Shown: one piece after another, positions 36,474 to 47,438 of the stretch
How the letters are laid out: every line of letters begins with the position of its first letter
Numbering within the stretch: the stretch's first letter is position 1
DNA from: Desulfobacterales bacterium
GTDB lineage: Bacteria; Desulfobacterota; Desulfobacteria; Desulfobacterales; UBA2174
NCBI GenBank assembly: GCA_963668645.2
Contig: CAXXWC010000010.1
Coordinates: 224,001-288,000 of the forward strand
Direction of reading: 5' to 3'
DNA length: 64,000 nucleotides
Program-made: the position numbers and the translations under genes
The notes under the pieces: generated by a model
Database searches by the model: none
The model's input: only the letters and a program-made list of their open reading frames with translations
Told to the model about the DNA's origin: nothing

Positions 36474-39400
36474 ATGAGTGCTGCTGCTGTAGATGTTTAC
36501 AAGCCGGTGCACAATGTCCGGGTCGTCACCGCCACGTCGCTTTTCGACGGCCATGACGCCTCGATCAACATCTTCCGCCGCATCCTGCAGGGAACCGGGG
36601 TGGAAGTGATTCACCTGGGGCACAACCGCTCGGTCAAAGAGGTGGTGGACGCCGCCGTGGAGGAGGATGTCCAGGGGATCGCGATCTCCAGCTACCAGGG
36701 CGGCCACATGGAGTTTTTCAAGTATATGGTCGACCTGCTGCGCGAGGCCGGGGCCGATCATATCAAGGTCTTCGGCGGCGGCGGGGGCGTGATCGTCCCC
36801 GAAGAGATCAAGGAGTTGGAAGACTACGGGGTCGCCAAGATCTATTCGCCCGAAGACGGGGCCCGCTGGGGCTTGCAGGGGATCATCAACCACATGATCC
36901 AGCAGATGGATTTTGCGCGCGTCAGTGAAAAGAGCTTTGATCTTTCCGATCTGAGCCCGGAAAACAAGCTGCGGGTGGCCAACCTAATTACGGCCGTCGA
37001 GCAGGCCAAGGCTCTCGAAAACGGGCATCTGGCGCGGCTGCGGGCCGAACTGCACAAGCAACTGGGCGGGCGCAAGGTGCCGGTGATCGGAATCACCGGC
37101 ACCGGCGGATCGGGCAAATCGTCCATCACCGATGAATTCATCCTGCGCCTGCTCCATGATTTTCCCGAACTGCGGGTGGCGATCATCAGCGCCGATCCGT
37201 CCCGGCGCAAAACCGGCGGCGCCCTGCTGGGAGACCGCATCCGCATGAACGCCATCGACAGCACCCGGGTCTACATGCGTTCGCTGGCCACGCGCCGCTC
37301 CCACACCGAGATTCCCGAATCGCTGTCCGACGCCATCGCCGTGGCCCAGGTGGCCGGTTTCGACCTGGTCATCGCCGAAACGGCCGGGATCGGTCAGGGC
37401 GACAGCCACATCGTGGATCTGGCGGATCTGTCGATCTACGTCATGACCCCCGAGTTCGGCGCCGCCAGCCAGCTGGAAAAGATCGACATGCTCGATTTCG
37501 CCGACATCGTGGTGGTCAACAAATTCGAAAAGCGCGGGGCCGAAGACGCGGTGCGCGACGTGCGCAAACAGATCCAGCGCAACCGGGAAGCCTGGGACAA
37601 GCAGCCCGAGGAGATGCCGGTTTACGGCACCATCGCTTCGAAGTTCAACGACGACGGGGTTACGGCCTTTTATTGCGGGGTCCTGGATGCCATCACGGCC
37701 AAGACCGGGGTCGTGCTGGACAGCCGCCTGCCGCGGCCCGCCGGCAAGGTCTCCAGCTCCAAGACCATCATCATCCCGCCCGAACGCACCCGTTACCTGG
37801 CCGAAATCTCGGAAACGGTGCGCGGCTACCACAAAGACTCCGATGAACAGGCCGGCGCCATCCGCACCCGCTGGCACCTGCACGAAGGGCTCAAGTGCAT
37901 CGAGGCGGGCCTGGACGACAAGGGCGATCAACTGCTCGAACGCTTCAAGGCTGAGGTGGCCGCGGCCGAGGCGGCGGTCCCCCCAGAGGCCGACCGCATC
38001 CTGGACCAGTTTGCCGAATTTCGCCGCTGTTACACCCAGGACGAACTGGTCTACGAGGTGCGGGGCCGCGAGATCCGGGTCCCGCTTTACAGCGAGTCAC
38101 TCTCGCGCAACAAGATCCCAAAGATCGTGCTGCCCGGGTTTGTCGATCCGGGCGAGATCTACCGCTGGATGCGCCGGGAAAACCTGCCCGGGTACTTTCC
38201 CTACACCGCCGGGGTCTTTCCTTTGAAACGGGTGGGCGAGGATCCGACGCGCATGTTCGCCGGCGAGGGGGATCCGGCCCGCACCAACCGGCGCTTCAAG
38301 ATGCTGTCGGCCGCCAGTGAGGCCAAACGCCTCTCGACGGCCTTCGATTCGGTGACCCTCTACGGCTACGATCCGGATCGGCGGCCGGACATCTACGGCA
38401 AGGTAGGCAACAGCGGGGTGAGCGTCTGCACCCTGGACGACGTCAAGGTCCTTTACGACGGGTTCGATCTGTGCGCCCCGAACACCTCGGTTTCCATGAC
38501 CATCAACGGCCCGGCCCCCATCATCCTGGCCATGTTCCTCAACGCGGCCGTGGACCAGCAGCTGGAACGCTTTGAAAAGCAAAACGGCCGCCTGCCGGAC
38601 GCCGGCGAGGCGGCCCGGATCCGCACCGAGACCCTTTCGGTGGTGCGCGGCACGGTCCAGGCCGATATCCTCAAAGAGGACCAGGGCCAGAACACCTGCA
38701 TCTTTTCCATCGATTTCGCCCTCAAGATGATGGGCGACATCCAGCAGTTCTTCATCGACAACGACGTGCGCAACTTCTACTCGGTGTCCATCTCGGGCTA
38801 CCATATCGCCGAGGCCGGCGCCAATCCCATCAGCCAGCTCGCCTTTACCCTGGCCAACGGGTTCACCTACCTCGAATACTACCTGTCGCGGGGTATGCCG
38901 GTGGACAGCTTCGGGCCCAACTTTTCGTTCTTCTTCTCCAACGGCATGGACCCGGAGTACACCGTCATCGGCCGGGTGGCCCGGCGCATATGGGCCATCG
39001 CGCTGCGGGAAAAATACGGGGCCTCGCCGCGCAGCCAGATGCTCAAGTACCATATCCAGACCTCGGGGCGCAGCCTGCACAGCCAGGATATCCAGTTCAA
39101 CGATATCCGCACCACCCTCCAGGCCCTGTGCGCCATTTACGACAACTGCAACAGCCTGCACACCAACGCCTTCGACGAGGCCATCACCACCCCCACCGAA
39201 GAGTCGGTGCGCCGGGCCCTGGCCATCCAGATGATCATCAACCGCGAATGGGGCCTGGCAAAGAACGAAAATCCTTTGCAAGGCGCCTTTATCGTGGATA
39301 TGCTTACCGACCTCGTCGAGGAGGCCGTGCTGGGTGAATTCGACCGCATCACGGCCCGCGGCGGGGTTCTGGGGGCCATGGAGACCGGCTACCAGCGCAG

Positions 39401-39764
39401 CAAGATCCAGGACGAGTCGATCTATTACGAAACCCTCAAGCATACCGGCGAACTGCCCATCATCGGGGTCAACACCTTCCGCGACCCTCATGCCGACGGG
39501 CAGGAGCTGAGCGAGGGCGGTTTCGGGTGCATCGAACTGGCCCGGGCCACCGATGAAGAAAAGGAATCGCAGCTGCGCCGTCTGGCCGAATTCCAGCAAC
39601 GCCACGCCGAACAGTCTCCCGACGCTTTGGCACGCCTCCAGCAAGTGGCCCTGTCCGGCGGCAACATGTTCGCCGAATTGATGCAGACGGTGCGCCACTG
39701 CAGCCTGGGCCAGATCACCCAGGCCCTGTACGAAGTGGGCGGCAAGTACCGGAGAAACATGTAA
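36474..39764 (+). CDS. icmF: Fused isobutyryl-CoA mutase/MeaI GTPase
   Basis: N-terminal B12 motif FDGHDAS, GTPase GTGGSGKSS and NKFE, mutase TRMFAGEG and [21 protein letters not shown]. Confidence 0.96.
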   Translation: MSAAAVDVYKPVHNVRVVTATSLFDGHDASINIFRRILQGTGVEVIHLGHNRSVKEVVDAAVEEDVQGIAISSYQGGHMEFFKYMVDLLREAGADHIKVFGGGGGVIVPEEIKELEDYGVAKIYSPEDGARWGLQGIINHMIQQMDFARVSEKSFDLSDLSPENKLRVANLITAVEQAKALENGHLARLRAELHKQLGGRKVPVIGITGTGGSGKSSITDEFILRLLHDFPELRVAIISADPSRRKTGGALLGDRIRMNAIDSTRVYMRSLATRRSHTEIPESLSDAIAVAQVAGFDLVIAETAGIGQGDSHIVDLADLSIYVMTPEFGAASQLEKIDMLDFADIVVVNKFEKRGAEDAVRDVRKQIQRNREAWDKQPEEMPVYGTIASKFNDDGVTAFYCGVLDAITAKTGVVLDSRLPRPAGKVSSSKTIIIPPERTRYLAEISETVRGYHKDSDEQAGAIRTRWHLHEGLKCIEAGLDDKGDQLLERFKAEVAAAEAAVPPEADRILDQFAEFRRCYTQDELVYEVRGREIRVPLYSESLSRNKIPKIVLPGFVDPGEIYRWMRRENLPGYFPYTAGVFPLKRVGEDPTRMFAGEGDPARTNRRFKMLSAASEAKRLSTAFDSVTLYGYDPDRRPDIYGKVGNSGVSVCTLDDVKVLYDGFDLCAPNTSVSMTINGPAPIILAMFLNAAVDQQLERFEKQNGRLPDAGEAARIRTETLSVVRGTVQADILKEDQGQNTCIFSIDFALKMMGDIQQFFIDNDVRNFYSVSISGYHIAEAGANPISQLAFTLANGFTYLEYYLSRGMPVDSFGPNFSFFFSNGMDPEYTVIGRVARRIWAIALREKYGASPRSQMLKYHIQTSGRSLHSQDIQFNDIRTTLQALCAIYDNCNSLHTNAFDEAITTPTEESVRRALAIQMIINREWGLAKNENPLQGAFIVDMLTDLVEEAVLGEFDRITARGGVLGAMETGYQRSKIQDESIYYETLKHTGELPIIGVNTFRDPHADGQELSEGGFGCIELARATDEEKESQLRRLAEFQQRHAEQSPDALARLQQVALSGGNMFAELMQTVRHCSLGQITQALYEVGGKYRRNM

Positions 39765-39797
39765 ATTTGAGGCCTCAAAGTTAAAACTTAAGATTGC

Positions 39798-39824
39798 CCG
39801 GGTTGCCAAAAAACGGCAACCCGG
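39798..39824. other. Intergenic stem-loop between icmF and thiolase
   Basis: CCGGGTTGCC-7 nt-GGCAACCCGG with no U-tract; possible mRNA stability element. Confidence 0.5.
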
Positions 39825-39840
39825 ACCAGAAGGAGAGCAA

Positions 39841-41016
39841 ATGAACGAAGCGGTTATCGTCAGTGCGGTGCGCACCCCTTTGGGCAACTTCAACGGATCG
39901 CTGGCCGGCATCGGCGCCACCCGCCTCGGGGCCATGGCCATCGCCGAGGCCGTCCGCCGCGCCGGCATCGACAAGGAGGCGGTCGACGAGGTCATCATGG
40001 GCCAGGTCCTGCCCTGCGGCTACGGCCAGAACCCGGCCAAGCAGGCTGCCGTGCAGGCCGGACTGCCCTGGAAGGCGGAATGCCTGACGATCAACAAGGT
40101 CTGCGGCTCGAGCCTCAAAGCAGTGATGCTCGCCGCCCAGGCGATCCAGACCGGCGACGCCGAAGTCGTGGTGGCCGGCGGCATGGAGAACATGAGCCTG
40201 GCCCCCTACTACCTGGAAAAGGCCCGCTTCGGCTACCGCATGGGGCCCGGCGCCATCCAGGACCACATGGTCCACGACGGGCTGTGGGACATCGTCAACG
40301 ACTTTCACATGGGCATTTCCAACGAGCTGTGCTCGGAAAAGTACAACGTGACGCGTGAAGACCAGGACCGCTATGCGGCCGAAAGCTACCGGCGGGCCCT
40401 GGCGGCGCGCGACAGCGGCCGCTTCGACGAGGAGATCCTGCCGGTGGAAATCCCCCAGCGCAAAGGCGAGCCGCTGGTGTTCAGCCGCGACGAATGCCCC
40501 CGGCCGACGGACTTCGAAACCCTGGGCCGGATGCCGGCCGCCTTTAAAAAGGGCGGGCTGGGCACGGCGGGCAACGCCTCGATCATCTCCGACGGGGCCG
40601 CGGCCACGGTGGTCATGTCCCGGGCGCGGGCCGAAGCCCTGGGCTGCCCGATCCTGGCCACGGTGGGGGCCCAGGCTTCGGCGGCCATCGACATGAAGTA
40701 CGTGCTGGTGGCTCCGATCTGGGCCATCCCCAAGTGCCTGGCCAAGGAGGGCATCGCCCCGGCCGATGTGGACCTGTACGAGATCAACGAGGCCTTTTCC
40801 GGCTCCACGGTGGCGGTGGTGCGGGAACTGGGCCTGGATCCGGCCCGGGTCAACGTCAACGGCGGGGCCGTCTCGCTGGGCCATCCCATCGGGGCCTCGG
40901 GGTGCCGGGTGCTGGTGACCCTGCTCCACGAGATGATCCGCCAGGATAAAAAGACCGGCCTGGCCACTTTGTGCCTCGGCGGCGGCGAGGCCGTGGCCCT
41001 GGTGGTCAAGCGGTAA
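39841..41016 (+). CDS. Acetyl-CoA C-acetyltransferase (thiolase)
   Basis: NKVCGS, NEAF, GHPIGASG, LCLGGG. Confidence 0.96.
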   Translation: MNEAVIVSAVRTPLGNFNGSLAGIGATRLGAMAIAEAVRRAGIDKEAVDEVIMGQVLPCGYGQNPAKQAAVQAGLPWKAECLTINKVCGSSLKAVMLAAQAIQTGDAEVVVAGGMENMSLAPYYLEKARFGYRMGPGAIQDHMVHDGLWDIVNDFHMGISNELCSEKYNVTREDQDRYAAESYRRALAARDSGRFDEEILPVEIPQRKGEPLVFSRDECPRPTDFETLGRMPAAFKKGGLGTAGNASIISDGAAATVVMSRARAEALGCPILATVGAQASAAIDMKYVLVAPIWAIPKCLAKEGIAPADVDLYEINEAFSGSTVAVVRELGLDPARVNVNGGAVSLGHPIGASGCRVLVTLLHEMIRQDKKTGLATLCLGGGEAVALVVKR

Positions 41017-41089
41017 AAAACATAAATCTTATAGGGCTCATAAACCTTATTAACTCCCCCCAAATTCCCAAAGAGGAGGCACCATTACC

Positions 41090-41941
41090 ATGCAGATCAA
41101 CACCTTCGGCGTCATCGGCGCCGGGCAGATGGGCAACGGCATCGCCCAGGTGGCTGCAGCCAGCGGCCTGAACGTGATCATGAACGACATCCAGGACGAA
41201 TTCGTGGCCCGCGGCATGGCCACCATCACCAAGAATCTGACCCGCCAGGTGGACAAGGGAAAGCTGGCAGCCGGCGAAAAAGATGCGATTCTCGGGCGCA
41301 TCCGTACCAGTACGAGCCTCGATGACATGGCGGCGGCCGACTTCGTGGTCGAGGCCGCCACGGAAAATCAGCCCATCAAGTTTAAAATCTTCAAGGATCT
41401 GGATCGCATCTGCCCTGCCGGGGCCATTTTGGCCACCAACACCTCCTCGATCCCCATCGGGCGCATCGCGGCCCAGACCGGGCGTGCGGACAAGGTCATC
41501 GGCATGCACTTCATGAATCCGGTGCCGGTGATGAAGCTGATCGAGGTGATCCGCGGCCTGGCCACTTCCGACGAGACCTTCCGCGTGACCTGGGACCTGT
41601 CCGAGCGTTTCGGCAAAACCCCGGCCGAAGCGAGTGATTATCCGGGCTTTATCGCCAACCGGATCCTGATGCCGATGATCAACGAGGCGGTTTACTGCCT
41701 TTACCACTCAGTGGGCACCCCCGAGGCCATCGACACGGTGATGAAGCTGGGCATGAACCATCCCATGGGTCCCCTGGCCCTGGCGGATCTGATCGGCCTG
41801 GATACCTGCCTGGCGATCATGGAGACCCTCTACGAAGGCTTCAAGGACAGCAAGTACCGCCCCTGCCCGCTGCTGCGCAAATATGTCGAAGCCGGGTGGC
41901 TGGGACGCAAGTCGGGACGCGGTTTTTACGATTACGCTTGA
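41090..41941 (+). CDS. hbd: 3-hydroxybutyryl-CoA dehydrogenase
   Basis: GAGQMGNG, ATNTSS, GMHFMNP, HPMGP. Confidence 0.95.
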   Translation: MQINTFGVIGAGQMGNGIAQVAAASGLNVIMNDIQDEFVARGMATITKNLTRQVDKGKLAAGEKDAILGRIRTSTSLDDMAAADFVVEAATENQPIKFKIFKDLDRICPAGAILATNTSSIPIGRIAAQTGRADKVIGMHFMNPVPVMKLIEVIRGLATSDETFRVTWDLSERFGKTPAEASDYPGFIANRILMPMINEAVYCLYHSVGTPEAIDTVMKLGMNHPMGPLALADLIGLDTCLAIMETLYEGFKDSKYRPCPLLRKYVEAGWLGRKSGRGFYDYA

Positions 41942-42035
41942 GACCAGAGCGGGTGCCGGATTGAGCTGCGTGACCGGATCCTTGCCAGGCTGAATCCGGC
42001 ACCCCGATCACCCCCCCCCACATCAAGGAGGCCCC

Positions 42036-42587
42036 ATGCCAGCCCAAAAAAGTGCCAGCCCGGCTTCCATCGGCCAGAAAATCAAGAAGGTGCGTACATC
42101 CAAGAAGGTCACCCTTGACCGGCTGGCCAACGACACCGGTTTTTCCATCGACTATATCAAGGAGATCGAGTCGGGCAAGACCATCCCCCCGGTGGGCGCC
42201 CTGCTCCAGCTGGCCCGCTCGCTGGAGGTCGACTCGTCCGTACTGCTCAAGGAGCAGGAATCGAAGCTCTCCGACCGGATCAAGGCCTACACCAAGCGCA
42301 CGGACAACTACGCCTACGACACCCTGACGCCGGGGGCGGAAAACAAGCATCTCAAGGCTTTTCGCGTCACCATCCCCGCCGGCCAGGACCATAAAGGGGT
42401 CGGCTATCAGCACGAGGGCGAGGAGTTCGATTATGTGCTCAAGGGGCGCATCGAAGTGATTGTGGGCGACCACGTCAACACCCTGGGACCGGGGGAATCA
42501 CTCCATTTCAACTCCGGAATCCGCCACCAGCTGCGCAACATCGGCGATGAGGATGCCGAATTGATCGTGACCATTTATAACCCCTGA
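42036..42587 (+). CDS. XRE-HTH + cupin regulator
   Basis: N-terminal HTH; HEGEEFDYVLKG cupin. Confidence 0.9.
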   Translation: MPAQKSASPASIGQKIKKVRTSKKVTLDRLANDTGFSIDYIKEIESGKTIPPVGALLQLARSLEVDSSVLLKEQESKLSDRIKAYTKRTDNYAYDTLTPGAENKHLKAFRVTIPAGQDHKGVGYQHEGEEFDYVLKGRIEVIVGDHVNTLGPGESLHFNSGIRHQLRNIGDEDAELIVTIYNP

Positions 42588-42615
42588 CAGCCTTTACCTG
42601 CGCGAGGAGAGGTCC

Positions 42616-43770
42616 ATGAGCTTCCGGCTGACCGATGAACAGTTGATGATCCAGTCCATGGTCCGCGAATTCGCCCGCAAGGTGGTGCTGCCCACGGCCG
42701 CCGAGCGGGACCGGACCAAGGCCTTCCCCATCGAAAACCTGCGCCAGATGGGGGAACTCGGCCTGATGGGCATGATGATCCCCGACGCTTACGACGGCGC
42801 CGGGGCCGATTGTGTAAGCTACGTGCTGGCCCTGATCGAGGTCGCTTCGGCCTGCGCTTCCACCGCGGTGGTCATGTCGGTACAAAACTCCATCGTCTGT
42901 GAGAGCCTCTACCGCCTGGGTACCGAGGCGCAAAAACAAAAATACCTGCGCCCCCTGGCGGCCGGTGAGATCATCGGCGCCTTTGCCCTCACCGAACCGT
43001 CGGCGGGCAGCGACCCGGTACGCCAGACCACCACCGCAGTACGCGACGGCGATCATTACGTCATCAACGGCACCAAGCGGTTCATCACCTCGGGGCAGAA
43101 CTCCTCGGTGGTGATCGTCACCGCCAAAACCGACGAGTCCTTGCGCCACAAGGGGATCAGTGCCTTTATCGTGGAAAAGGGGACTGCCGGGCTGACCGTG
43201 GGGCACGTGGAAGACAAGATGGGGTTGCGGGCTTCGGATACCACCGACCTGATCTTCGAGGACTGCCGGGTGCCGGTGGAGAATCTGCTCGGGGAGGAGG
43301 GCCAGGGGTTTGCCACCGCCATGACCGGCTTGGACGGCGGGCGCATCGGCATCGCGGCCCAATCGGTGGGGGTGGCGCGCGCGGCCCTGGACGAGGCAGT
43401 CAAGTACGCCAAGCAGCGCGAACAGTTCGGCCAGGCCATCTCCAAGTTCCAGGGGCTGCGCTGGATGGTGGCCGACATGGCCACCGAAATCGAGGCGGCC
43501 CGCCAGCTGGTGCTTTCGGCCGCCGCCATGAAGGACCGCGGCGAACCTTACAGCCAGCAGGCCTCCATGGCCAAACTCTTCGCCTCGGAGATGGTCCAGC
43601 GCGTCACCGGCCAGGCGATCCAGATCCACGGCGGTTACGGCTTTACCAAAGACTATCCCGTCGAGCGCTTCTATCGCGATGCCAGGGTCTTTACCATCTA
43701 CGAGGGGACCAGCGAAATCCAGCGCATCGTGATCTCCAACCACGTCTTCAGAGACAGGCGCCAGAGTTGA
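42616..43770 (+). CDS. Acyl-CoA dehydrogenase (short/branched-chain type)
   Basis: ALTEPSAGSD, QIHGGYG, IYEGTSE. Confidence 0.95.
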   Translation: MSFRLTDEQLMIQSMVREFARKVVLPTAAERDRTKAFPIENLRQMGELGLMGMMIPDAYDGAGADCVSYVLALIEVASACASTAVVMSVQNSIVCESLYRLGTEAQKQKYLRPLAAGEIIGAFALTEPSAGSDPVRQTTTAVRDGDHYVINGTKRFITSGQNSSVVIVTAKTDESLRHKGISAFIVEKGTAGLTVGHVEDKMGLRASDTTDLIFEDCRVPVENLLGEEGQGFATAMTGLDGGRIGIAAQSVGVARAALDEAVKYAKQREQFGQAISKFQGLRWMVADMATEIEAARQLVLSAAAMKDRGEPYSQQASMAKLFASEMVQRVTGQAIQIHGGYGFTKDYPVERFYRDARVFTIYEGTSEIQRIVISNHVFRDRRQS

Positions 43771-43779
43771 TCCGGGGGG

Positions 43780-43810
43780 GGGGATCGAGGCGGAGGCACC
43801 CTCGATCCCC
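43780..43810. terminator. Hairpin between convergent genes
   Basis: GGGGATCGAGG / CCTCGATCCCC 11-bp stem. Confidence 0.55.
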
Positions 43811-43855
43811 GCAAACGGGCTTCCCGGGCCCGCGGACCTCAGGCCTGCTTTTCCC

Positions 43856-44344
43856 TTACTGATCGAAAATCGCCTCCGCCTGATCGATGTCCTCCGGACA
43901 AAAGACGAAGAGGCACTTGGCATCCGGCCCGGACACCGATCCGTAGACGTAGTTGATGTTGATCCCTTCCTGGCCGAACTTGGCAGAGATGCGGGCCAGC
44001 TCGCCGGGCCGATTTTCCAGCTCGACGGCGATCACCGGCATGATGTCAAAAACGTAGTCGCCCCTGGATAGCAGGTCGATGGCCTTGTTGATGGTACCGT
44101 CGGCCGGCAGGAAGCGGATCAGGGCAAAATCGACCGAGTCCTTGCGCATGGAATTGTAGCTGGCGGCCGAGGCGATCCGCTTGAGTGATTTTCCCCGCGC
44201 CTGAAACAGCTCGCGCACGTAGTTGGACGCATCCTGGATGGTCAGGGCATCGATGTTGATCCCGGCCTCACCGAGCATGGCCGCCAAACGGCCCAGTTCC
44301 CCGGGAGCGTTCTTGAGAAAAAGCGAAATTTCAGTGCGCACCAT
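43856..44344 (-). CDS. Tandem ACT-domain protein
   Basis: LKNAPGELG...GINI and LENRPGELA...GININYVY. Confidence 0.88.
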   Translation of the reverse strand: MVRTEISLFLKNAPGELGRLAAMLGEAGINIDALTIQDASNYVRELFQARGKSLKRIASAASYNSMRKDSVDFALIRFLPADGTINKAIDLLSRGDYVFDIMPVIAVELENRPGELARISAKFGQEGININYVYGSVSGPDAKCLFVFCPEDIDQAEAIFDQ

Positions 44345-44531
44345 GGTTCCTCCTCCCGTCGGCCGAATATCCGGATCGAATCGGGCCCAGTGTTCGAGCG
44401 TGTTTGGATCGATCGGCCAGGTTGAAAAGCAAAATTTTTTTCGAGCGCATGTATAAATTCCCGAATGAGATTCAATCCATGGTCCGACCTTAGGTCAAAA
44501 AACACGATTTTTCAATGCCGGATTGCTGCAA

Positions 44532-46052
44532 TCATGCCTCGTCCTGGGAGCCGCCGTATCGCGCCTTGACGGCGGCCCGGTCCGGCTGGCCGTCGGCAGT
44601 GTGCGGCAGCTCGGCGACGAATTCAACGTACTGGGGCTTCTTGTAACGCGCGATGTGCGTTCCGACAAAAGCGATCAGATCCTCGGGCGCCAATCTCCGG
44701 CCGGGTTGAAGAACGCAGACCGCTTTGATCCCCTCCTTCCATTTGGGATCCGGCACCCCGAAGACCACTGTTTCGGCCACCGCCGGATGGGCCAGAATCG
44801 CCTTTTCCACCTCGGCCGGATAGACGTTTTCACCACCGGGCTTGATCAATTCCTTTTCGGCCTTGCGCCCGGCGTACCAGAGAAATCCATCCTCATCGAA
44901 GCGGCCCAGGTCCCCGGTGTGGTGCCAGCCTCCGCGAAAAGTATAGGCGTTGTCCTCGGGAAGGTCCCAGTATCCTTTGAACACCATGGGGCCTTTGACG
45001 GTGATTTCACCCACGCCACCCGCCGGCACCGGATCGTCGTGATCGTCCACCAGACGCACGTCGGCCAGGGCGATGGGCCTGCCCGCCGAGCCGGGCCGCT
45101 CATCGTAGGGCCCGTACGTGGCGATGCAGGACGTTTCCGTCTGGCCGTACATGGCGTAGAACTTGCCGCCGGTACGCTGTTGGAAGGCTTCGATGGTCTG
45201 GGCCGTATCGAGTCCGGTAACAGCCCTGAGGCTGGTCAGATCGTAATCGGCGATTTCCAGGATGCTGGCCAAAATGGGTGAAAAATCGAAAAACAAAGAG
45301 ACCCGGTGGGTCTCGATCAGTTCTGCGGCCCGGGCCGCCTCGAACTTGCGCATGTTGATGTTCAGGGCCCCGGCATGAAAGCTGCTGGCGGCCAGAAAAA
45401 GCCCGCCCACGTGAAAAAGGGGCAGCAGGTTAAGATGCACGTCCGACGGTTCGATCTGCAGCCGGCATTGCCAGTGCAGGTTGGCGCATAAAAGATTGGC
45501 GTGGCTGAGCAACGCCCCGCGCGGGCGGCCGGCCACGGCGGCGGTGTGGATGATCACCAGCCCGTCCTCGGCGGCCACCGCCTCCGGTTGCGCGACCCGG
45601 CTGCCCTGCATGAGGCCTTCCATCGCCGGCCAGTCGCCCTTTCCGGCCAGGGTAAAGCGGTGGCGCACAGAGACCAGCCTTGACCGGTCGGCGTCCAGCA
45701 TCGCCTGGAAAGCACCGTCGGCCAGCAGCACCGCCGGCGATCCGTCTTCAAGGTTGAACAGGGCCTCGTCGGCACTCAAACGCCAATTGACCGGCAGCAC
45801 GATGGCGCCCAGGGCGGCCGCAGCACCGTAGACCAGAAAATACTCCAGGCTGTTTTGGGCCAGCACGCCGATACGCTGGCCCTTTTGCACCCCGCAATCC
45901 TGCAAACCGGCCGCCAGCCGCGCCACCCGGTCCTCAAACCCGGCAAAGCTCAACTTGAGACCGCTGTCCGGTTCGATCCAGGCCGTCCGGTCGCCAAAAA
46001 GCCGGCCGTTGCGCCGGATCATCTCGAAGAAGGTCAGATCGTAAAGTCCCAT
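44532..46052 (-). CDS. AMP-binding (acyl-CoA ligase family) protein with atypical P-loop
   Basis: YGQTET, HTGDLG, KPGGENVYP; the loop reads HTAAVAGRPRG. Confidence 0.9.
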   Translation of the reverse strand: MGLYDLTFFEMIRRNGRLFGDRTAWIEPDSGLKLSFAGFEDRVARLAAGLQDCGVQKGQRIGVLAQNSLEYFLVYGAAAALGAIVLPVNWRLSADEALFNLEDGSPAVLLADGAFQAMLDADRSRLVSVRHRFTLAGKGDWPAMEGLMQGSRVAQPEAVAAEDGLVIIHTAAVAGRPRGALLSHANLLCANLHWQCRLQIEPSDVHLNLLPLFHVGGLFLAASSFHAGALNINMRKFEAARAAELIETHRVSLFFDFSPILASILEIADYDLTSLRAVTGLDTAQTIEAFQQRTGGKFYAMYGQTETSCIATYGPYDERPGSAGRPIALADVRLVDDHDDPVPAGGVGEITVKGPMVFKGYWDLPEDNAYTFRGGWHHTGDLGRFDEDGFLWYAGRKAEKELIKPGGENVYPAEVEKAILAHPAVAETVVFGVPDPKWKEGIKAVCVLQPGRRLAPEDLIAFVGTHIARYKKPQYVEFVAELPHTADGQPDRAAVKARYGGSQDEA

Positions 46053-46096
46053 GCTTCACCTTTCCGTTTGAGAAAACAGGCGCGCTCCGGAATCGC

Positions 46097-46489
46097 TTAT
46101 TTGACGGTCAGAACCGGGCAGGGGGCCTTGAGAATGATAAACTGAGCGGTGGAACCGAGCAGAAGCTTCTGGGTTTTGGAGCGTTTTTCGATTCCCACCA
46201 CGATCAGATCGACGGCCTGCTGGCGCGCATAGTCGACCAGATCCTCGCCGGGGGACAGGCCCCGCACGGACTGGAAGACCTCGCAGGGAACGCCCTTGGC
46301 AAGCATGATCTGACGGGCTTCGTTAAGGTGCGCCTGGGCCTTGGCGATCTCCTCGGGCCGCTCCCGCACCCCGCCTTCCATGGAGGTCATCACCAGGATC
46401 CGGCCATCGAGAGGAATGGCCAGTTCCCCGGCCAGTTTGACCGCCGCCTTGGACTCGACCGAGCCGTTGTATCCGACCAGAATCTGCAT
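46097..46489 (-). CDS. Universal stress protein
   Basis: ILVGYNGS, DLIVVG, LLGSTA, APCPVL. Confidence 0.92.
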   Translation of the reverse strand: MQILVGYNGSVESKAAVKLAGELAIPLDGRILVMTSMEGGVRERPEEIAKAQAHLNEARQIMLAKGVPCEVFQSVRGLSPGEDLVDYARQQAVDLIVVGIEKRSKTQKLLLGSTAQFIILKAPCPVLTVK

Positions 46490-46513
46490 CACCGCCTCCC
46501 GCCCCGGCGCCGG

Positions 46514-47338
46514 TCACATCCAGCGCTTGCGGCGCTTGTAAGATTTGACCTCCTTGAAGGACTTGCGCCCGCCGCCCTCGGTGATCCCCATGTAAAACTC
46601 CTTCACATCGGGGTTCTGCTTCAAATCCGCCGAGGAACCTTCGAGCACGATCTTGCCCGACTCCATGATATAAGCGTAATCAGACACCTCCAGGGCGATC
46701 TTGGCGTTTTGTTCGACCACCAGGATGGTCGTACCCGTTTCCCGGTTGATCCTCTGCACATTGTCAAATATTTCACGGACCAGCAAGGGGGCCAGCCCCA
46801 GGGAGGGCTCATCGAGCATCAGCATGCGAGGCGCGGCCATCAGTGCCCGGGCGATGGCGATCATCTGCTGTTCCCCGCCCGAGCAGTAGCCGGCCAGACG
46901 ATTGGTGACCTTGGCCAGGCGCGGGAAATGATCGTACATCTTCTTGTGATCGGCCCGAATCGCCTGAGAGCCGTCCTTGCGCGTAATCGATCCCACCCGG
47001 ATGTTTTCGTCCACCGTCAGGTGCTTGAAGACCCGGCGCCCCTCGGGCACCATAACGGCCCCGAGACGCACCACGGCTGTACCGAGCCAGTTGGTCACGT
47101 CCTGATCGGCAAAGCGGATATGCCCGTCCTTGACGTAGCCGTTCTCGGGCTTGAGCAGCCCGCTGATGGCCCGCAAGGTGGTGGTCTTGCCGGCCCCGTT
47201 GGTGCCCAGCAGGGCCACGACCCGCCCCTCGGGCACCTTGAGGCTGACACCGCGCAGCACCTGCACGATATCGTTGTAGACCACTTCGATGTTGTTGACG
47301 TCCAGCAGCTGTCGGCCTTTTTCGGGTGTGGTTTCCAT
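46514..47338 (-). CDS. ABC ATPase, LivF-like
   Basis: GTNGAGKTT, VPEGRR, CSGGEQQM, LDEPSLGLAP. Confidence 0.94.
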   Translation of the reverse strand: METTPEKGRQLLDVNNIEVVYNDIVQVLRGVSLKVPEGRVVALLGTNGAGKTTTLRAISGLLKPENGYVKDGHIRFADQDVTNWLGTAVVRLGAVMVPEGRRVFKHLTVDENIRVGSITRKDGSQAIRADHKKMYDHFPRLAKVTNRLAGYCSGGEQQMIAIARALMAAPRMLMLDEPSLGLAPLLVREIFDNVQRINRETGTTILVVEQNAKIALEVSDYAYIMESGKIVLEGSSADLKQNPDVKEFYMGITEGGGRKSFKEVKSYKRRKRWM

Positions 47339-47382
47339 GCCTCGCAATTCTGCGTGAATGCGTTGGAAGATGGATTCGGTTC

Positions 47383-47422
47383 GATCAGTCGGATCGGTCG
47401 GATCTGACCGATCCGACTGATC
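47383..47422. repeat. Perfect 17-bp inverted repeat (REP-like hairpin)
   Basis: GATCAGTCGGATCGGTC-ggatct-GACCGATCCGACTGATC after the substrate-binding protein gene. Confidence 0.8.
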
Positions 47423-47438
47423 TGTCTTTGGATTTTGC

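Noticed and set aside
38097..40929. Long minus-strand ORFs (633 and 382 aa)
   Set aside because: Antisense shadows of icmF and thiolase.
41017..41056. 9-bp periodic AT-rich repeat (cataaatct tatagggct cataaacct tataactcc) as a mini-CRISPR
   Set aside because: Only two short units with no spacers or cas genes; no CRISPR array is seen anywhere in the window.
43774..43783. G10 tract (and G9 at 30423-30431) as phase-variation sites
   Set aside because: Both are intergenic, next to gene 3' ends, and not clearly in a coding frame or promoter spacer.
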